This document shows, piece by piece, positions 26,967-36,181 of a stretch of DNA of 43,894 nt (position 1 is its first letter; each line of letters opens with the position of its first letter). Position numbers and translations under genes: made by a program. This DNA comes from a virus (taxonomy: Duplodnaviria > Caudoviricetes): positions 1 through 43,894 of the IMG/VR virus record IMGVR_UViG_3300026085_000116; one strand, written 5' to 3'. The notes beneath the pieces were generated by a model that saw only the letters and a program-made list of their open reading frames with translations, had not been told where the DNA came from and searched no databases.

Positions 26967-27695
26967 ATGGGTGCAAAAAGAAGTGCTCGAAGGAGCAAAA
27001 ACTACAATAGCAATATTGTAGAGTTTAATAGTTTTCTTCCTCAGAAGAAAAAAGAAGTCAAAATCATTCCAAGAAACGTTAATCAAGAAACTTATATGCT
27101 TCAACTGTTAGACCCAAAGAAAGACATAGTCTTTGGCATTGGGCCGGCAGGAACAGGTAAAACGCTGTTGGCTGTACAAGTTGCGATTAAGCAGTTTAAA
27201 GAAGGAAAAGTCGATAAGATTATTGTTACAAGACCTGCTGTAAGTGCAGACGAAGATTTAGGTTTTTTACCAGGCACATTAGAACAAAAAATGGCGCCTT
27301 GGACAAGGCCTATTTTTGATGTACTTCAGGAGTACTTTTCATCAAAAGACATTGAAGGTATGATAGCAGAAGGTGTAGTTGAAATTGCACCACTTGCGTA
27401 TATGCGAGGGCGAACATTCAAACGAGCATTTATCATAGCAGACGAAATGCAAAATGCAACACAAAATCAAATGAAGATGTTACTAACAAGATTAGGAATA
27501 GGATCTAAGATGGCTGTTACAGGAGACTTAGCACAAGCAGATAGACTTAGAGATAATGGCTTAATTGATTTTTGTAAGCATTTAGATCAAAAAGGTCGTG
27601 CTGAAAAAATTGATGTTGTAGAATTCCATAAAGGAGATATTGAAAGACACGAAGCAGTCAAAGAAGTTTTAGAAATTTATGGAGATGTTGTTTAA
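26967..27695 (+). CDS. phoH: PhoH-like ATPase
   Basis: GPAGTGKT, LGFLPG, YMRGRTF, DEMQN, GDLAQ.D; AAGGAGG RBS. Confidence 0.95.
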   Translation: MGAKRSARRSKNYNSNIVEFNSFLPQKKKEVKIIPRNVNQETYMLQLLDPKKDIVFGIGPAGTGKTLLAVQVAIKQFKEGKVDKIIVTRPAVSADEDLGFLPGTLEQKMAPWTRPIFDVLQEYFSSKDIEGMIAEGVVEIAPLAYMRGRTFKRAFIIADEMQNATQNQMKMLLTRLGIGSKMAVTGDLAQADRLRDNGLIDFCKHLDQKGRAEKIDVVEFHKGDIERHEAVKEVLEIYGDVV

Positions 27696-28456
27696 CCAGG
27701 TAGATCTGTATCTTGGGCATCAACTACATATAACTTCTTAGTTTTGACCCATTTAATCCAGCCTGCATAAGTCATTTTGTGTAGGCTGGATATTGCCCAC
27801 TGACGTTTCATAACTGTTTCGTTAAGTTCCATAGTTCGTGCAACTTGCTTTTCACGTTTAAATGGAATCACTTGTACGATGGGTTCGCCCATCTTAATTG
27901 TTGTTGGTTTAATTTCTTTAAGCATAATATTAATAGGACTTTGTGGAGCACCTAAATCGTGATCCATTACACCAGGAACTGCTTCCCAGTTCTTTCCTTC
28001 ATGATAGTACATTGGCAAATATAATGTACTCCAACCTGCTTTGTTCCAAGTAAACCAAGGATTATCAAGTTTAACTGCACCTCTAACAGCAAACTTTTGC
28101 TCCATAAATTTGCCTAATTGTTCTTCAGGGTGATATGCATCGTTATACATATCATCACTGTATCTTGTTATAATGTGTTTACCATCTGGAGTTGGTTCTA
28201 TTGTAATATCACACCAAGCAGGAATAACATAACCCATACTCATATAATCTGTAATACCAGGACAGGCTCTTACTGTTTTATGACTATCAATGTTATGCTG
28301 TTCTTTTTTAAAGTACGGACTCATATCTTTAAACTTGTCAGGAAAAAATTTACCTGCTGGTTCAATAGGTGCATACTTTCTCACGCCCCAACTGGAACAA
28401 GCAAAGTTAATTACTGGTTCTTCTTTTCCAAAAAGTTTTTTTATAAAATTCTTCAT
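27692..28456 (-). CDS. Hypothetical protein, possibly with a dUTPase-like beta-clip fold
   Basis: CPG..D....GYVIP and GEPIVQVIPFKR motifs. Confidence 0.55.
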   Translation of the reverse strand: MKNFIKKLFGKEEPVINFACSSWGVRKYAPIEPAGKFFPDKFKDMSPYFKKEQHNIDSHKTVRACPGITDYMSMGYVIPAWCDITIEPTPDGKHIITRYSDDMYNDAYHPEEQLGKFMEQKFAVRGAVKLDNPWFTWNKAGWSTLYLPMYYHEGKNWEAVPGVMDHDLGAPQSPINIMLKEIKPTTIKMGEPIVQVIPFKREKQVARTMELNETVMKRQWAISSLHKMTYAGWIKWVKTKKLYVVDAQDTDLPG

Positions 28457-28908
28457 ACTTTGGTAACTTCAACATTTGATTTCTGTAAAAATTCAATACC
28501 ATCGTTACTACGATAGTTATCCTTGTAATAAACTGTGCTTATACCACTCTGGTATATTAATTTTGCACACTCTAAACAAGGACTATGTGTAACAAATAAA
28601 GTTGCATCATTTCCACTTTCATTTGATTTTGCCAATTTAGCAATAGCATTTGATTCTGCGTGTAATACCTCTGGCTTAGTTTTAGGACCAGTACAATGAT
28701 CGTGATTGCATCCAGCACCAACAGGTCCGCCACCATCACAACATTCTTCACACGTATTATCCCAACCACTGGGCATACCATTGTATCCAATGGAGATAAT
28801 GCGATCATCCTTTACAACAATCGCCCCTACATTTAAACGCTTTGCTGAACTTAGTTGTGCAAAACGTTCTGCAACATCTATGTATGCATCTATAAACTTA
28901 GACTTCAT
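28453..28908 (-). CDS. dCMP deaminase
   Basis: VGAIVV, GYNG, HAESNAI, SPCLEC. Confidence 0.92.
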   Translation of the reverse strand: MKSKFIDAYIDVAERFAQLSSAKRLNVGAIVVKDDRIISIGYNGMPSGWDNTCEECCDGGGPVGAGCNHDHCTGPKTKPEVLHAESNAIAKLAKSNESGNDATLFVTHSPCLECAKLIYQSGISTVYYKDNYRSNDGIEFLQKSNVEVTKV

Positions 28909-29575
28909 TAACCAGTTCCTCTGCTAAAGGAAAGATTTGTGCAATAACTTTTGCACAAGCATGAGCAATATCCATATGCTCTTGTTGTGTACCATTAGCA
29001 CCACGTAATTCGATATAGTGAATCCAAGAACGTAGTGTACCGTTCATATACAATCGTGTCTTAGTACACCCTTCTGGTAATACTGCACGAGCCTGTTCTT
29101 TAGCAATACCATTTTCAATTGCCCACTCGTATGCTTCTTTAGCCGCCGCAATAACTTTTTCCTGATATGATTCCCAATCATTAATTAGATTCATCTCTTG
29201 TTGGGTAGTCCCCAATCTAATAGAATTTTGTCTGTTCTTTGTATCTTGTAGTCGTGCTTCACGTAGCACAAACTGATCACCAAACTCTTTTGGATCTGCA
29301 TAACGCTGACTAAACTCTTGAAAACTAAAACTACGATGACGCACAATTTGATGTGCAATATCCCTTGTAGTATTAATTTCTAAACAAGCACTGACCATTT
29401 CAAGTGGTGACCAGTGAGCGTGTTTGATCAAATACTTGATTAGTTTTTCACTTGTTTCTGAATTCATTTGATTGCTTGGATTACTTACTCTTGCACAATA
29501 GGCAATAAGTTCTTGACAGTCTCCAAGGTCTGAACCTTCCGGTGCTGTGCTATATGAAATTAGTTTTACGCTCAT
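28898..29575 (-). CDS. thyX: Flavin-dependent thymidylate synthase
   Basis: HWSPLE, RHRSFSFQEFSQRY (RHRx7S), KEQARAVLP. Confidence 0.95.
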   Translation of the reverse strand: MSVKLISYSTAPEGSDLGDCQELIAYCARVSNPSNQMNSETSEKLIKYLIKHAHWSPLEMVSACLEINTTRDIAHQIVRHRSFSFQEFSQRYADPKEFGDQFVLREARLQDTKNRQNSIRLGTTQQEMNLINDWESYQEKVIAAAKEAYEWAIENGIAKEQARAVLPEGCTKTRLYMNGTLRSWIHYIELRGANGTQQEHMDIAHACAKVIAQIFPLAEELVNEV

Positions 29576-30141
29576 TCTGTTTCTCCTGGTTTTCTAACTG
29601 TAACACTAATGTTACCTGATATTGCAATTCTATCGTGATTGCAATTTTGTACGCCTACTTTATGGCTTGTGTTTCCTGGAAAGATAACCATCAACCCACT
29701 AAAAGGTTTAACACTGTAATTTGCTGTTGTAAATTCTAACGGAGCACAATGTTCACAAGCATTTACGTAATATACAAAACTAAATGTTGCTGGCCAATGT
29801 GCGTGTTCAATAGTATGATGTCCTTTATTATTTTTGTAAACCATTCCCCAACAGTCTACAATATTAAATCGAAGCATTTCTGCTCCACGTTGACTTAAAC
29901 CTTCTATACTACTAATACATTGAAAAATTGCAAAATCACAAATACGTTTAAAATCGGAATCTTCGTACATAGTGAATTCAGTCATGTCTGCTTTTACATT
30001 ACTTTTATGTCCGACAGCATCACCATAACTTCTAATCTTTTGTTCAAGGATAGGATTTAAGATTTCACTTCGATTGTATTTTACCATTGTGATATCACAA
30101 GGTTCTGATGATGTGCCGTTATATACTTTAAAGTAATCCAT
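29572..30141 (-). CDS. Putative 2OG-Fe(II) oxygenase
   Basis: W.......HAH..SFVYY..IFPG..SHKV....RIAISGN. Confidence 0.75.
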   Translation of the reverse strand: MDYFKVYNGTSSEPCDITMVKYNRSEILNPILEQKIRSYGDAVGHKSNVKADMTEFTMYEDSDFKRICDFAIFQCISSIEGLSQRGAEMLRFNIVDCWGMVYKNNKGHHTIEHAHWPATFSFVYYVNACEHCAPLEFTTANYSVKPFSGLMVIFPGNTSHKVGVQNCNHDRIAISGNISVTVRKPGETE

Positions 30142-30476
30142 TACCCTGTCCTTAATAAAATATGATATCCATATTCTGTTTTAATTGGAAAAGTAAGCAT
30201 TTCGTCTTTGTTAATTTGACTAATAGGTTTCGCTATTTCGTATTCCATTTCTCCTGGATAATCAAACCAACCTAAGTCTCCACCGTTCTTTGCAGATATT
30301 CTACAAGCACTATGTTCTTTAGCGGCTTGTTCAAATGTAAGAAGTCCTTCCATAATGTCTTGAATAATAAACCCTGCTTCTTGTTCTGCCGCAGGTGCTG
30401 GACGATTACTTGTTTGTGCTGTAGCACCTTCGTGACTGATTAATATGTGACTGGCTCTAAGTTTCTGAATTTTCAT
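30141..30476 (-). CDS. Parvulin-type peptidyl-prolyl isomerase
   Basis: [35 protein letters not shown]. Start refined to ATG 30476 (GGGAG RBS). Confidence 0.9.
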   Translation of the reverse strand: MKIQKLRASHILISHEGATAQTSNRPAPAAEQEAGFIIQDIMEGLLTFEQAAKEHSACRISAKNGGDLGWFDYPGEMEYEIAKPISQINKDEMLTFPIKTEYGYHILLRTG

Positions 30477-30819
30477 TTGTTCTCCCGCCTGGCTTTTCAG
30501 AAAAGAATCTTTCAAACTTATTAGGTTCATGAGCCATTTCTTCAGCATCGGAAGGAACATCTTCATCACGTTTTTGTGTTATGTTTGGCCACTTGGCTGA
30601 ATATTCTTCATTAATATACAACCACTTGTCTGCACCTTCTACGTTATCTGGAGTAATAGCATCTACAGGACATTCTGGTTCACAAACACCGCAGTCAATA
30701 CATTCATTAGGATTAATGACAAGCATATTTTCGCCTTCGTAAAAGCAGTCTACAGGACATACTTCTACACAATCCATATGTTTACATTTAATACAATTTT
30801 CGTTTACAAGATATGTCAT
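30457..30819 (-). CDS. fdxA: FdxA-type dicluster ferredoxin
   Basis: [43 protein letters not shown] plus the W...N...WPNIT C-terminal extension. Confidence 0.9.
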   Translation of the reverse strand: MTYLVNENCIKCKHMDCVEVCPVDCFYEGENMLVINPNECIDCGVCEPECPVDAITPDNVEGADKWLYINEEYSAKWPNITQKRDEDVPSDAEEMAHEPNKFERFFSEKPGGRTNENSET

Positions 30820-30837
30820 ACTATTAGTTATTCCTCC

Positions 30838-31758
30838 TTAGTATGGCCGCTTCCAAGACTTGGCAAATTCATATAACATTTGATCGTATTTTTCTTCTTT
30901 TACAAGTTCTTCATAATCAGGTTGACCAAGTACATCTTGCAAATTCCAATACTGTGGATAACTTACACCTGCTTTATTTCTGTCTTCAATATCTGCAACA
31001 AATTCCTGGTCGATATGTTTACAAAAATCTTCTGTGTCTTTGTTTAAATTTTCAGTTGTACCTAAGTACCACATATTAACTTTTAATACTTCTATAAGCA
31101 TATCAAATAGATTATCGTCTATTTGAATGTTATAAAACCAATCTGGCCAAGTTTGCGGAATAAATTGTCCTTGGTGTGTAGCAAATGTATCGCCACCTTC
31201 AAATTTACTGTACTGCTTAAACATTGCTCGTGTGTCATCAAACGCATAAAAACATTTAAGTAACCATTTACATTGTAAGTTTCGTTCAGCACTGTTATCA
31301 AGCCTCCATGTATACAAACTATTGTAATCTGTTGCTTGTCTATTATAGTAACGTGCATATGTGTCACTTACAGGACTTGAACTACTAAACATATGAGTAT
31401 CTTGATTTAATTGTGCAAGACCGAATCGATAGTTAAAACTACTTAACAGTCTTGGAATAGGTTCTCTAACATGAGCCATATAATAAGGAACACGTGGTTC
31501 TTTTAACCAAAAATGTGTATGACTATATGTACTGTGTCCTGAAATAATTTTTAGTTGTTCGTGTTGTTCTTTTGTTCTATTTTGTAGTAAAGGAATATTA
31601 TGTTCTACAAAAGAACCACCAAACCCATCTACCCAATTAAAATGTTTTAACCAACGATCGTTTTCTCTATGTAAATGGTATCCTACCTTCCAGTTGAAAC
31701 TTGTTCCACCAGTTTTAGGAATATGAAAATATATGTAAATAGGGTTAGGATTGGGCAT
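30838..31758 (-). CDS. Sulfotransferase family protein
   Basis: 5'-PSB motif HIPKTGGTS and 3'-PB motif REP..R..S. Confidence 0.8.
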   Translation of the reverse strand: MPNPNPIYIYFHIPKTGGTSFNWKVGYHLHRENDRWLKHFNWVDGFGGSFVEHNIPLLQNRTKEQHEQLKIISGHSTYSHTHFWLKEPRVPYYMAHVREPIPRLLSSFNYRFGLAQLNQDTHMFSSSSPVSDTYARYYNRQATDYNSLYTWRLDNSAERNLQCKWLLKCFYAFDDTRAMFKQYSKFEGGDTFATHQGQFIPQTWPDWFYNIQIDDNLFDMLIEVLKVNMWYLGTTENLNKDTEDFCKHIDQEFVADIEDRNKAGVSYPQYWNLQDVLGQPDYEELVKEEKYDQMLYEFAKSWKRPY

Positions 31759-32155
31759 TTCTCATCTTCTCTCTAATTTTTGTAGCAGAAATAGAATGTA
31801 TCTCTTCTCCTAAATCATGCTGGGTAAACGTATAACCTACTCCACGGCCATAACTAATATCAACAATATTAGGAACAAGCATAATAATATATTCTTTGTT
31901 GTAAACAAATCCTGCGTCATTTAGTCCGTTAATAATATTAGTTTTAACAGTTTCAAAATCAAAAGGATTATCATTTTGTACCAATGCAGTTCTGCCAGCG
32001 CCTGCGTCAGTACCAATAATGCCGCCTACATCACGCACCATAATACATACTTGACCTGTTTCAGCAAGTGCTTTCTTAAACAATGCTGTGTGACCGTCGT
32101 GCCAAGGTTGCCAACGTCCTAACATTTCTGTAGTTGGCTTTTTATAATCAAACAT
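31745..32155 (-). CDS. HxGH nucleotidyltransferase (cytidyltransferase-like)
   Basis: GRWQPWHDGH and ISATKIR. Confidence 0.75.
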   Translation of the reverse strand: MFDYKKPTTEMLGRWQPWHDGHTALFKKALAETGQVCIMVRDVGGIIGTDAGAGRTALVQNDNPFDFETVKTNIINGLNDAGFVYNKEYIIMLVPNIVDISYGRGVGYTFTQHDLGEEIHSISATKIREKMRNAQS

Positions 32156-32600
32156 TTTTTGTACCTTTGTTGTGTGCAGTTAAATTACCAAACTTTTCTA
32201 CAAGTTCTTGTTTAACTATAAAGACCCAAGTATCTGCATCCATATGCGTTACTTTAACATCGTATTCATCAAGAGGTTCAAACATTTTATTTGTGTCTTC
32301 GAACCTTCCTTCTTTGATAGTATCCATCCATACAATAAAGTCTGCATCATATTCTTTTCTTGCATATTTTGTTGGACAAATAAAATCTGCAATAACTATT
32401 CTATTTTCAAAAACTGCTTTTGCAGATAATAATCTCATTCTTTCTGCTTGACGCATTCTACCTTCAAGACTAAAGTCCCAATCGTTAGCCTCTTCACGAA
32501 CTTTATCTGCGTTCAAATGAACAGCGTTAATCATTGGAGCAAGTTTTTCTGCTAATGTAGTTTTGCCCGATCCAGGCAATCCGCAAATTAATATTTTCAT
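32148..32600 (-). CDS. Adenylylsulfate kinase-like P-loop kinase
   Basis: GLPGSGKTT, NADKVR...DWDFS.EGR.RQ..R, ADFICP and FEP resemble CysC. Confidence 0.7.
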   Translation of the reverse strand: MKILICGLPGSGKTTLAEKLAPMINAVHLNADKVREEANDWDFSLEGRMRQAERMRLLSAKAVFENRIVIADFICPTKYARKEYDADFIVWMDTIKEGRFEDTNKMFEPLDEYDVKVTHMDADTWVFIVKQELVEKFGNLTAHNKGTKNV

Positions 32601-33505
32601 AGTCGTGCTAATCTAATCATAGTTGCCGCTAAATTAATTTCTGGATCAGCAACAAGTGTATGATCCACTAAACCTTGTTTAATAATTAATACAGCATCAT
32701 CTTCTTTGTCGCCAAACAATGTAATGTTATCATATAACCATTTGTAAATATCTTCTACCTCATCTGGTCTTACTTGACTACATACAAGTTTTCTTGCTTG
32801 ATTAATTTTACCTGCTTTAAACAGTTCAACCATTTCAAGTTTGTAGTCTGCTTCTCCAGTATCGCCATCTTGTGGTTTTTGCAATACACCGTCAACACTA
32901 TTCATTTGTACCATGTTGATACACTTACGCAAGTCTGGATACGTTGCTTTTACATAAGTGTCAAGTGTGTCTAAATCAGGTTGGACACCTTCTGTAATTA
33001 GAATCTCTGCTACACGAGCAGTGAACTCTGTTTGATCAATACGTTCAATATGGAATCCTTGGCATCTTGAATGCAGTGCAGGAATAATTCTATTAGGATA
33101 GTTACAGGTTAAAATAAATCTGCTTGTAGTATGATATTCTTCCATTACACCACGTAGTGCCGCCTGTGCGTTTGGTGATAGATAATCTGCCTCATCAAGT
33201 AGTACAACCTTAAAGTCACCAAATGGAATCATTTGTACAAAGTTAATAATTTTATCACGTACATCATCAACACTATTTGTACGACTTGCATTAATTTCTA
33301 AAATATCTAAATCGTTTAGATCAAGTTCGTTGAATAAAATTTTAGCAAGTGTTGTTTTACCAATACCTGCATTACCTGAAAATAATAAATGTGGAATAGT
33401 GCCTTCTTTGATCCATTGTTGCACTTGTTTTCTTTGATGTTCATCTCTGAACACATAACCGTCTACTGTTTTAGGACGATACTTTTCTACCCATAGTTCT
33501 TTCAT
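32597..33505 (-). CDS. Clamp loader AAA+ subunit (RFC small/gp44-like)
   Basis: LWVEKYRP, GNAGIGKTT, EINAS, LDEAD, SRC. Confidence 0.92.
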   Translation of the reverse strand: MKELWVEKYRPKTVDGYVFRDEHQRKQVQQWIKEGTIPHLLFSGNAGIGKTTLAKILFNELDLNDLDILEINASRTNSVDDVRDKIINFVQMIPFGDFKVVLLDEADYLSPNAQAALRGVMEEYHTTSRFILTCNYPNRIIPALHSRCQGFHIERIDQTEFTARVAEILITEGVQPDLDTLDTYVKATYPDLRKCINMVQMNSVDGVLQKPQDGDTGEADYKLEMVELFKAGKINQARKLVCSQVRPDEVEDIYKWLYDNITLFGDKEDDAVLIIKQGLVDHTLVADPEINLAATMIRLARL

Positions 33506-33915
33506 TTACCTGCCTCTACTATTCGTTGTCTCAAATTAGTACTACTAAATGAGTGTTGCCTTTTATTATAATATATTTCTATGCCTTTGTCAACACAAAT
33601 CTGTTTACCAGTAAAGTCTTTTGATTTGTATTCTTCACCAATAAATCGAGTTTGTATTGTATATGTAAGAAGTATATCTTCCAAATCTTTTTCAGTCGAG
33701 TATGGAACAATTTCATCAATATATTTGCAACCTGCTAATTGGACATAACGTTCAAATACAGATTGAATTGGTTTGTTTTTGTTTGGCCTATCTAATGTAG
33801 GATCTGTTTGTAACCCTACAATTAAATGATCACAGTTTGCTTTTGCTTCTTTGAGCATAGCAACGTGACCTGTATGAAATAGATCAAATGTACTGAATGT
33901 AATACCGACTCTCAT
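33502..33915 (-). CDS. Glycerol-3-phosphate cytidylyltransferase-like (TagD-like)
   Basis: TFDLFHTGH and RQHSFSST; start refined to ATG 33915. Confidence 0.8.
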   Translation of the reverse strand: MRVGITFSTFDLFHTGHVAMLKEAKANCDHLIVGLQTDPTLDRPNKNKPIQSVFERYVQLAGCKYIDEIVPYSTEKDLEDILLTYTIQTRFIGEEYKSKDFTGKQICVDKGIEIYYNKRQHSFSSTNLRQRIVEAGK

Positions 33916-33921
33916 AGTGTT

Positions 33922-33949
33922 ATTATACACTAATTGCTATTAAAGTCAA
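33922..33949 (-). promoter_or_regulatory. Sigma70-type promoter; probable leaderless mRNA
   Basis: TTGACT-N16-TATAAT-AACACT-ATG. Confidence 0.65.
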
Positions 33950-33954
33950 GTATT

Positions 33955-34374
33955 TTATAGATCGTTTTCTTTTCGGTTTTCCGAAAAGTGTACGTCAAAT
34001 TTTCCACCTGGGTAACGAGATTCAAGTTTGCGTACATTTTCTTCAACTACTTCGTTTGGATCTAAACCCAAAGAACGGCAAGTATTAACCCAATACCACA
34101 TAATATCGCCAAGTTCTCTTTTAAGATGGAACTTGGTGTCTTCGTCCCAAGGTTTTCCTTGAAAAAGAACTTTTTTAATGATTTCATTAAGTTCTCCAGT
34201 TTCAGACGAAAGTCCAATACCGCCTGTGACAAGTAATGCAATATTAACCGGGCATCCATGTTGTTCTCCATTTAAATAACCCATACGTCCGTATAGGCGA
34301 TTGTTATCATTTGATTCTTCTGACGTAACTTCTTCTACAAAGTCCTTATATTTGTTTAGGTCGACGTTTGCCAA
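33955..34374 (-). CDS. MazG-like NTP pyrophosphohydrolase
   Basis: ETGELNE, ELGDIMWY, N..KL..RYP. Confidence 0.88.
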   Translation of the reverse strand: MANVDLNKYKDFVEEVTSEESNDNNRLYGRMGYLNGEQHGCPVNIALLVTGGIGLSSETGELNEIIKKVLFQGKPWDEDTKFHLKRELGDIMWYWVNTCRSLGLDPNEVVEENVRKLESRYPGGKFDVHFSENRKENDL

Positions 34375-34590
34375 TTACTTCTCCTCTGGCTTTTGATGTT
34401 CCCAATAGATGAATTTTTCGCCTGTTTCTTGATTTATAACAGGTAACGAATATTTGTATTCATCTGCTTTACGTTTGCCTACATATTCAAACTCATATCC
34501 TTGTTTGCGTTCTTTTTTAACTTCCGCAAAAAAGGCAGAGTTGTCATACATAAACAATCCTGTAATGGTCACTAATACTGCTGTGAACAT
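34375..34590 (-). CDS. Small hypothetical protein with hydrophobic N-terminus
   Basis: 71-aa ORF with AAGGAG RBS. Confidence 0.6.
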   Translation of the reverse strand: MFTAVLVTITGLFMYDNSAFFAEVKKERKQGYEFEYVGKRKADEYKYSLPVINQETGEKFIYWEHQKPEEK

Positions 34591-34620
34591 TTATACTCCT
34601 TGGTTCGTGTTTATACTTCT

Positions 34621-35025
34621 TTAGTTAACAAAATCTTCTGGACGGTGACTATCTCCACTAAGGTCAATAGCATCACCATAGTATGCAAGATCGCTTGGTG
34701 CTTCATCGCTTACGCCTAATACACCAGTTGGATCTACTGTACGGAGAACTTTTGTATCACCGTTTTCATCTTCAACTGTAAAACCTCTTGACCATCTACC
34801 ATGTTCAATTAGTACCCAGTCTCCGACATTGTAATCGTCTGTGTTTTCGTGTCCTTTTGACACAACCTTTGCCCAACGTGGTTTAATACCATGTTGCTGG
34901 CCATCATCACTTGGAAGAATGATTCCGCCTTTAGTAGTAACTTCACCAAATTCCATATCGGAAACCATAATCCTGTCATGCAAAGGTCTTACTTCACCTT
35001 TAATGTTGTGTAAATTCAAAGCCAT
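34621..35025 (-). CDS. GroES-like co-chaperonin
   Basis: PLHDRIMV, TTKGGIILP, VGDWVL. Confidence 0.85.
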   Translation of the reverse strand: MALNLHNIKGEVRPLHDRIMVSDMEFGEVTTKGGIILPSDDGQQHGIKPRWAKVVSKGHENTDDYNVGDWVLIEHGRWSRGFTVEDENGDTKVLRTVDPTGVLGVSDEAPSDLAYYGDAIDLSGDSHRPEDFVN

Positions 35026-35400
35026 TTACTCACCTTTTTTTACAAAATTACCTTCGTCGTCTTCAACCCACTCTTCGTCTTTTGCTACTTCTTCAATCTT
35101 TTGTTTCGCAGTTTTCTTTGGTGCAGGTGCTTCTTCAACAACTGCCTCCGGAGTAGATTTATTGGCTACTGGAAGTTCGTCTTGAACAGTACTTTGAGGA
35201 TTGTCTCTGTAGTAGTCTGCAAGAACGTCTTCACGTTTCTTAATAATCTTTCCACCTGGGCCTAATTCATCGCCACGTGCATTTACACGAGCATTTCCAA
35301 CCGCAGGAGTAAGTTCATTTTTTTGGCGTAAAAGATCCATATCAATTGCTTTACCTTGCATTGTTTTATAAACCTTACGACCTGTTTGTTTTACTGCCAT
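35026..35400 (-). CDS. Phage hypothetical protein (late)
   Basis: AVGNARVNARGDELGPGG motif; late promoter at 35423-35430; AGGAG RBS. Confidence 0.65.
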   Translation of the reverse strand: MAVKQTGRKVYKTMQGKAIDMDLLRQKNELTPAVGNARVNARGDELGPGGKIIKKREDVLADYYRDNPQSTVQDELPVANKSTPEAVVEEAPAPKKTAKQKIEEVAKDEEWVEDDEGNFVKKGE

Positions 35401-35425
35401 AGTTATTCTCCTATTATGTGAGTAT

Positions 35426-35947
35426 TTATCTTAGGAACTCACGCCAATCCAGGTCAAACTGAATTGGATTAATTCTGTGAACACCTACCAAATATAGTAC
35501 AAAACTTGCTACACTGGAACCTCTGCCCACACCCCATACAATTTTGTTATCACGCATATAGTCAACCAAATAAATCATATAGCGTAATAAGTTTAACATA
35601 TCTCTTTTTTCAAATTCAATATATTCTTCGTCTAATCTTTTAAGTTCAATTTCATTATTACATTTTGATTCTAAGAAACTATACACATCTAAGTTTTTAT
35701 ATGCTTCTGGCATAAACCATTCACTTTGGCATACGTTATCAAAATCTTTTTTATCTACATCAATTGGAATATATTTTTTAAGTTCGTGACCACCAAATTC
35801 TTTTGCGTTTTTATTAAACTGTTCAATTTCATCATTTGGGTCACATAGAACAACATGACACTTGTCAATATGACCAGAATAGATCATATCTATTAGGTTT
35901 TTATTAGAGAAGATTGGTATTCCGTTAGAATCTGTTTTTAAAAGCAT
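35426..35947 (-). CDS. Stand-alone protein homologous to part of DNA Pol III alpha (DnaE)
   Basis: RL..E......Y..YL...D..R...GVGRGSSVASFVLYLVGV..INP..FDL...EFL matches the DnaE GRGS region. Confidence 0.75.
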   Translation of the reverse strand: MLLKTDSNGIPIFSNKNLIDMIYSGHIDKCHVVLCDPNDEIEQFNKNAKEFGGHELKKYIPIDVDKKDFDNVCQSEWFMPEAYKNLDVYSFLESKCNNEIELKRLDEEYIEFEKRDMLNLLRYMIYLVDYMRDNKIVWGVGRGSSVASFVLYLVGVHRINPIQFDLDWREFLR

Positions 35948-35953
35948 AAGTGT

Positions 35954-35982
35954 ATTTTAACTTACGTTGATTAAATTGTCAA
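35954..35982 (-). promoter_or_regulatory. Sigma70-type promoter; probable leaderless mRNA
   Basis: TTGACA-N17-TAAAAT-ACACTT-ATG. Confidence 0.7.
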
Positions 35983-36181
35983 GATCTTTATCTTGATTCT
36001 TTGCCATTTCTTTGGCATAGCGACTTCTTAGTTCCAAACGATACATTTCGATTAATGTTGCCATTTGGACTTTGACTTCTGGATTGCGTGTCATGTAAAA
36101 CTTTTTGGATAAAGAACTTACTTTTTCCTCAAGTTGTGGTGTAGTGTATTGATCTAAATTATCTTCAAGTGGATGTAACAT
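35957..36181 (-). CDS. Small helical hypothetical protein
   Basis: 74-aa ORF coupled to the upstream stop (TAATG). Confidence 0.6.
   Translation of the reverse strand: MLHPLEDNLDQYTTPQLEEKVSSLSKKFYMTRNPEVKVQMATLIEMYRLELRSRYAKEMAKNQDKDLDNLINVS

Noticed and set aside
35426-35947. dnaE pseudogene
   Set aside because: The ORF is clean, has a dedicated promoter and shows no downstream dnaE remnants, so it was kept as a CDS.
35957-35990. C-terminal LDNLINVS as a possible clamp-binding motif
   Set aside because: The LDN codons coincide with the TTGACA -35 box of the next promoter (similarly LDK at 6661 and VDN at 3496), which is a simpler explanation.
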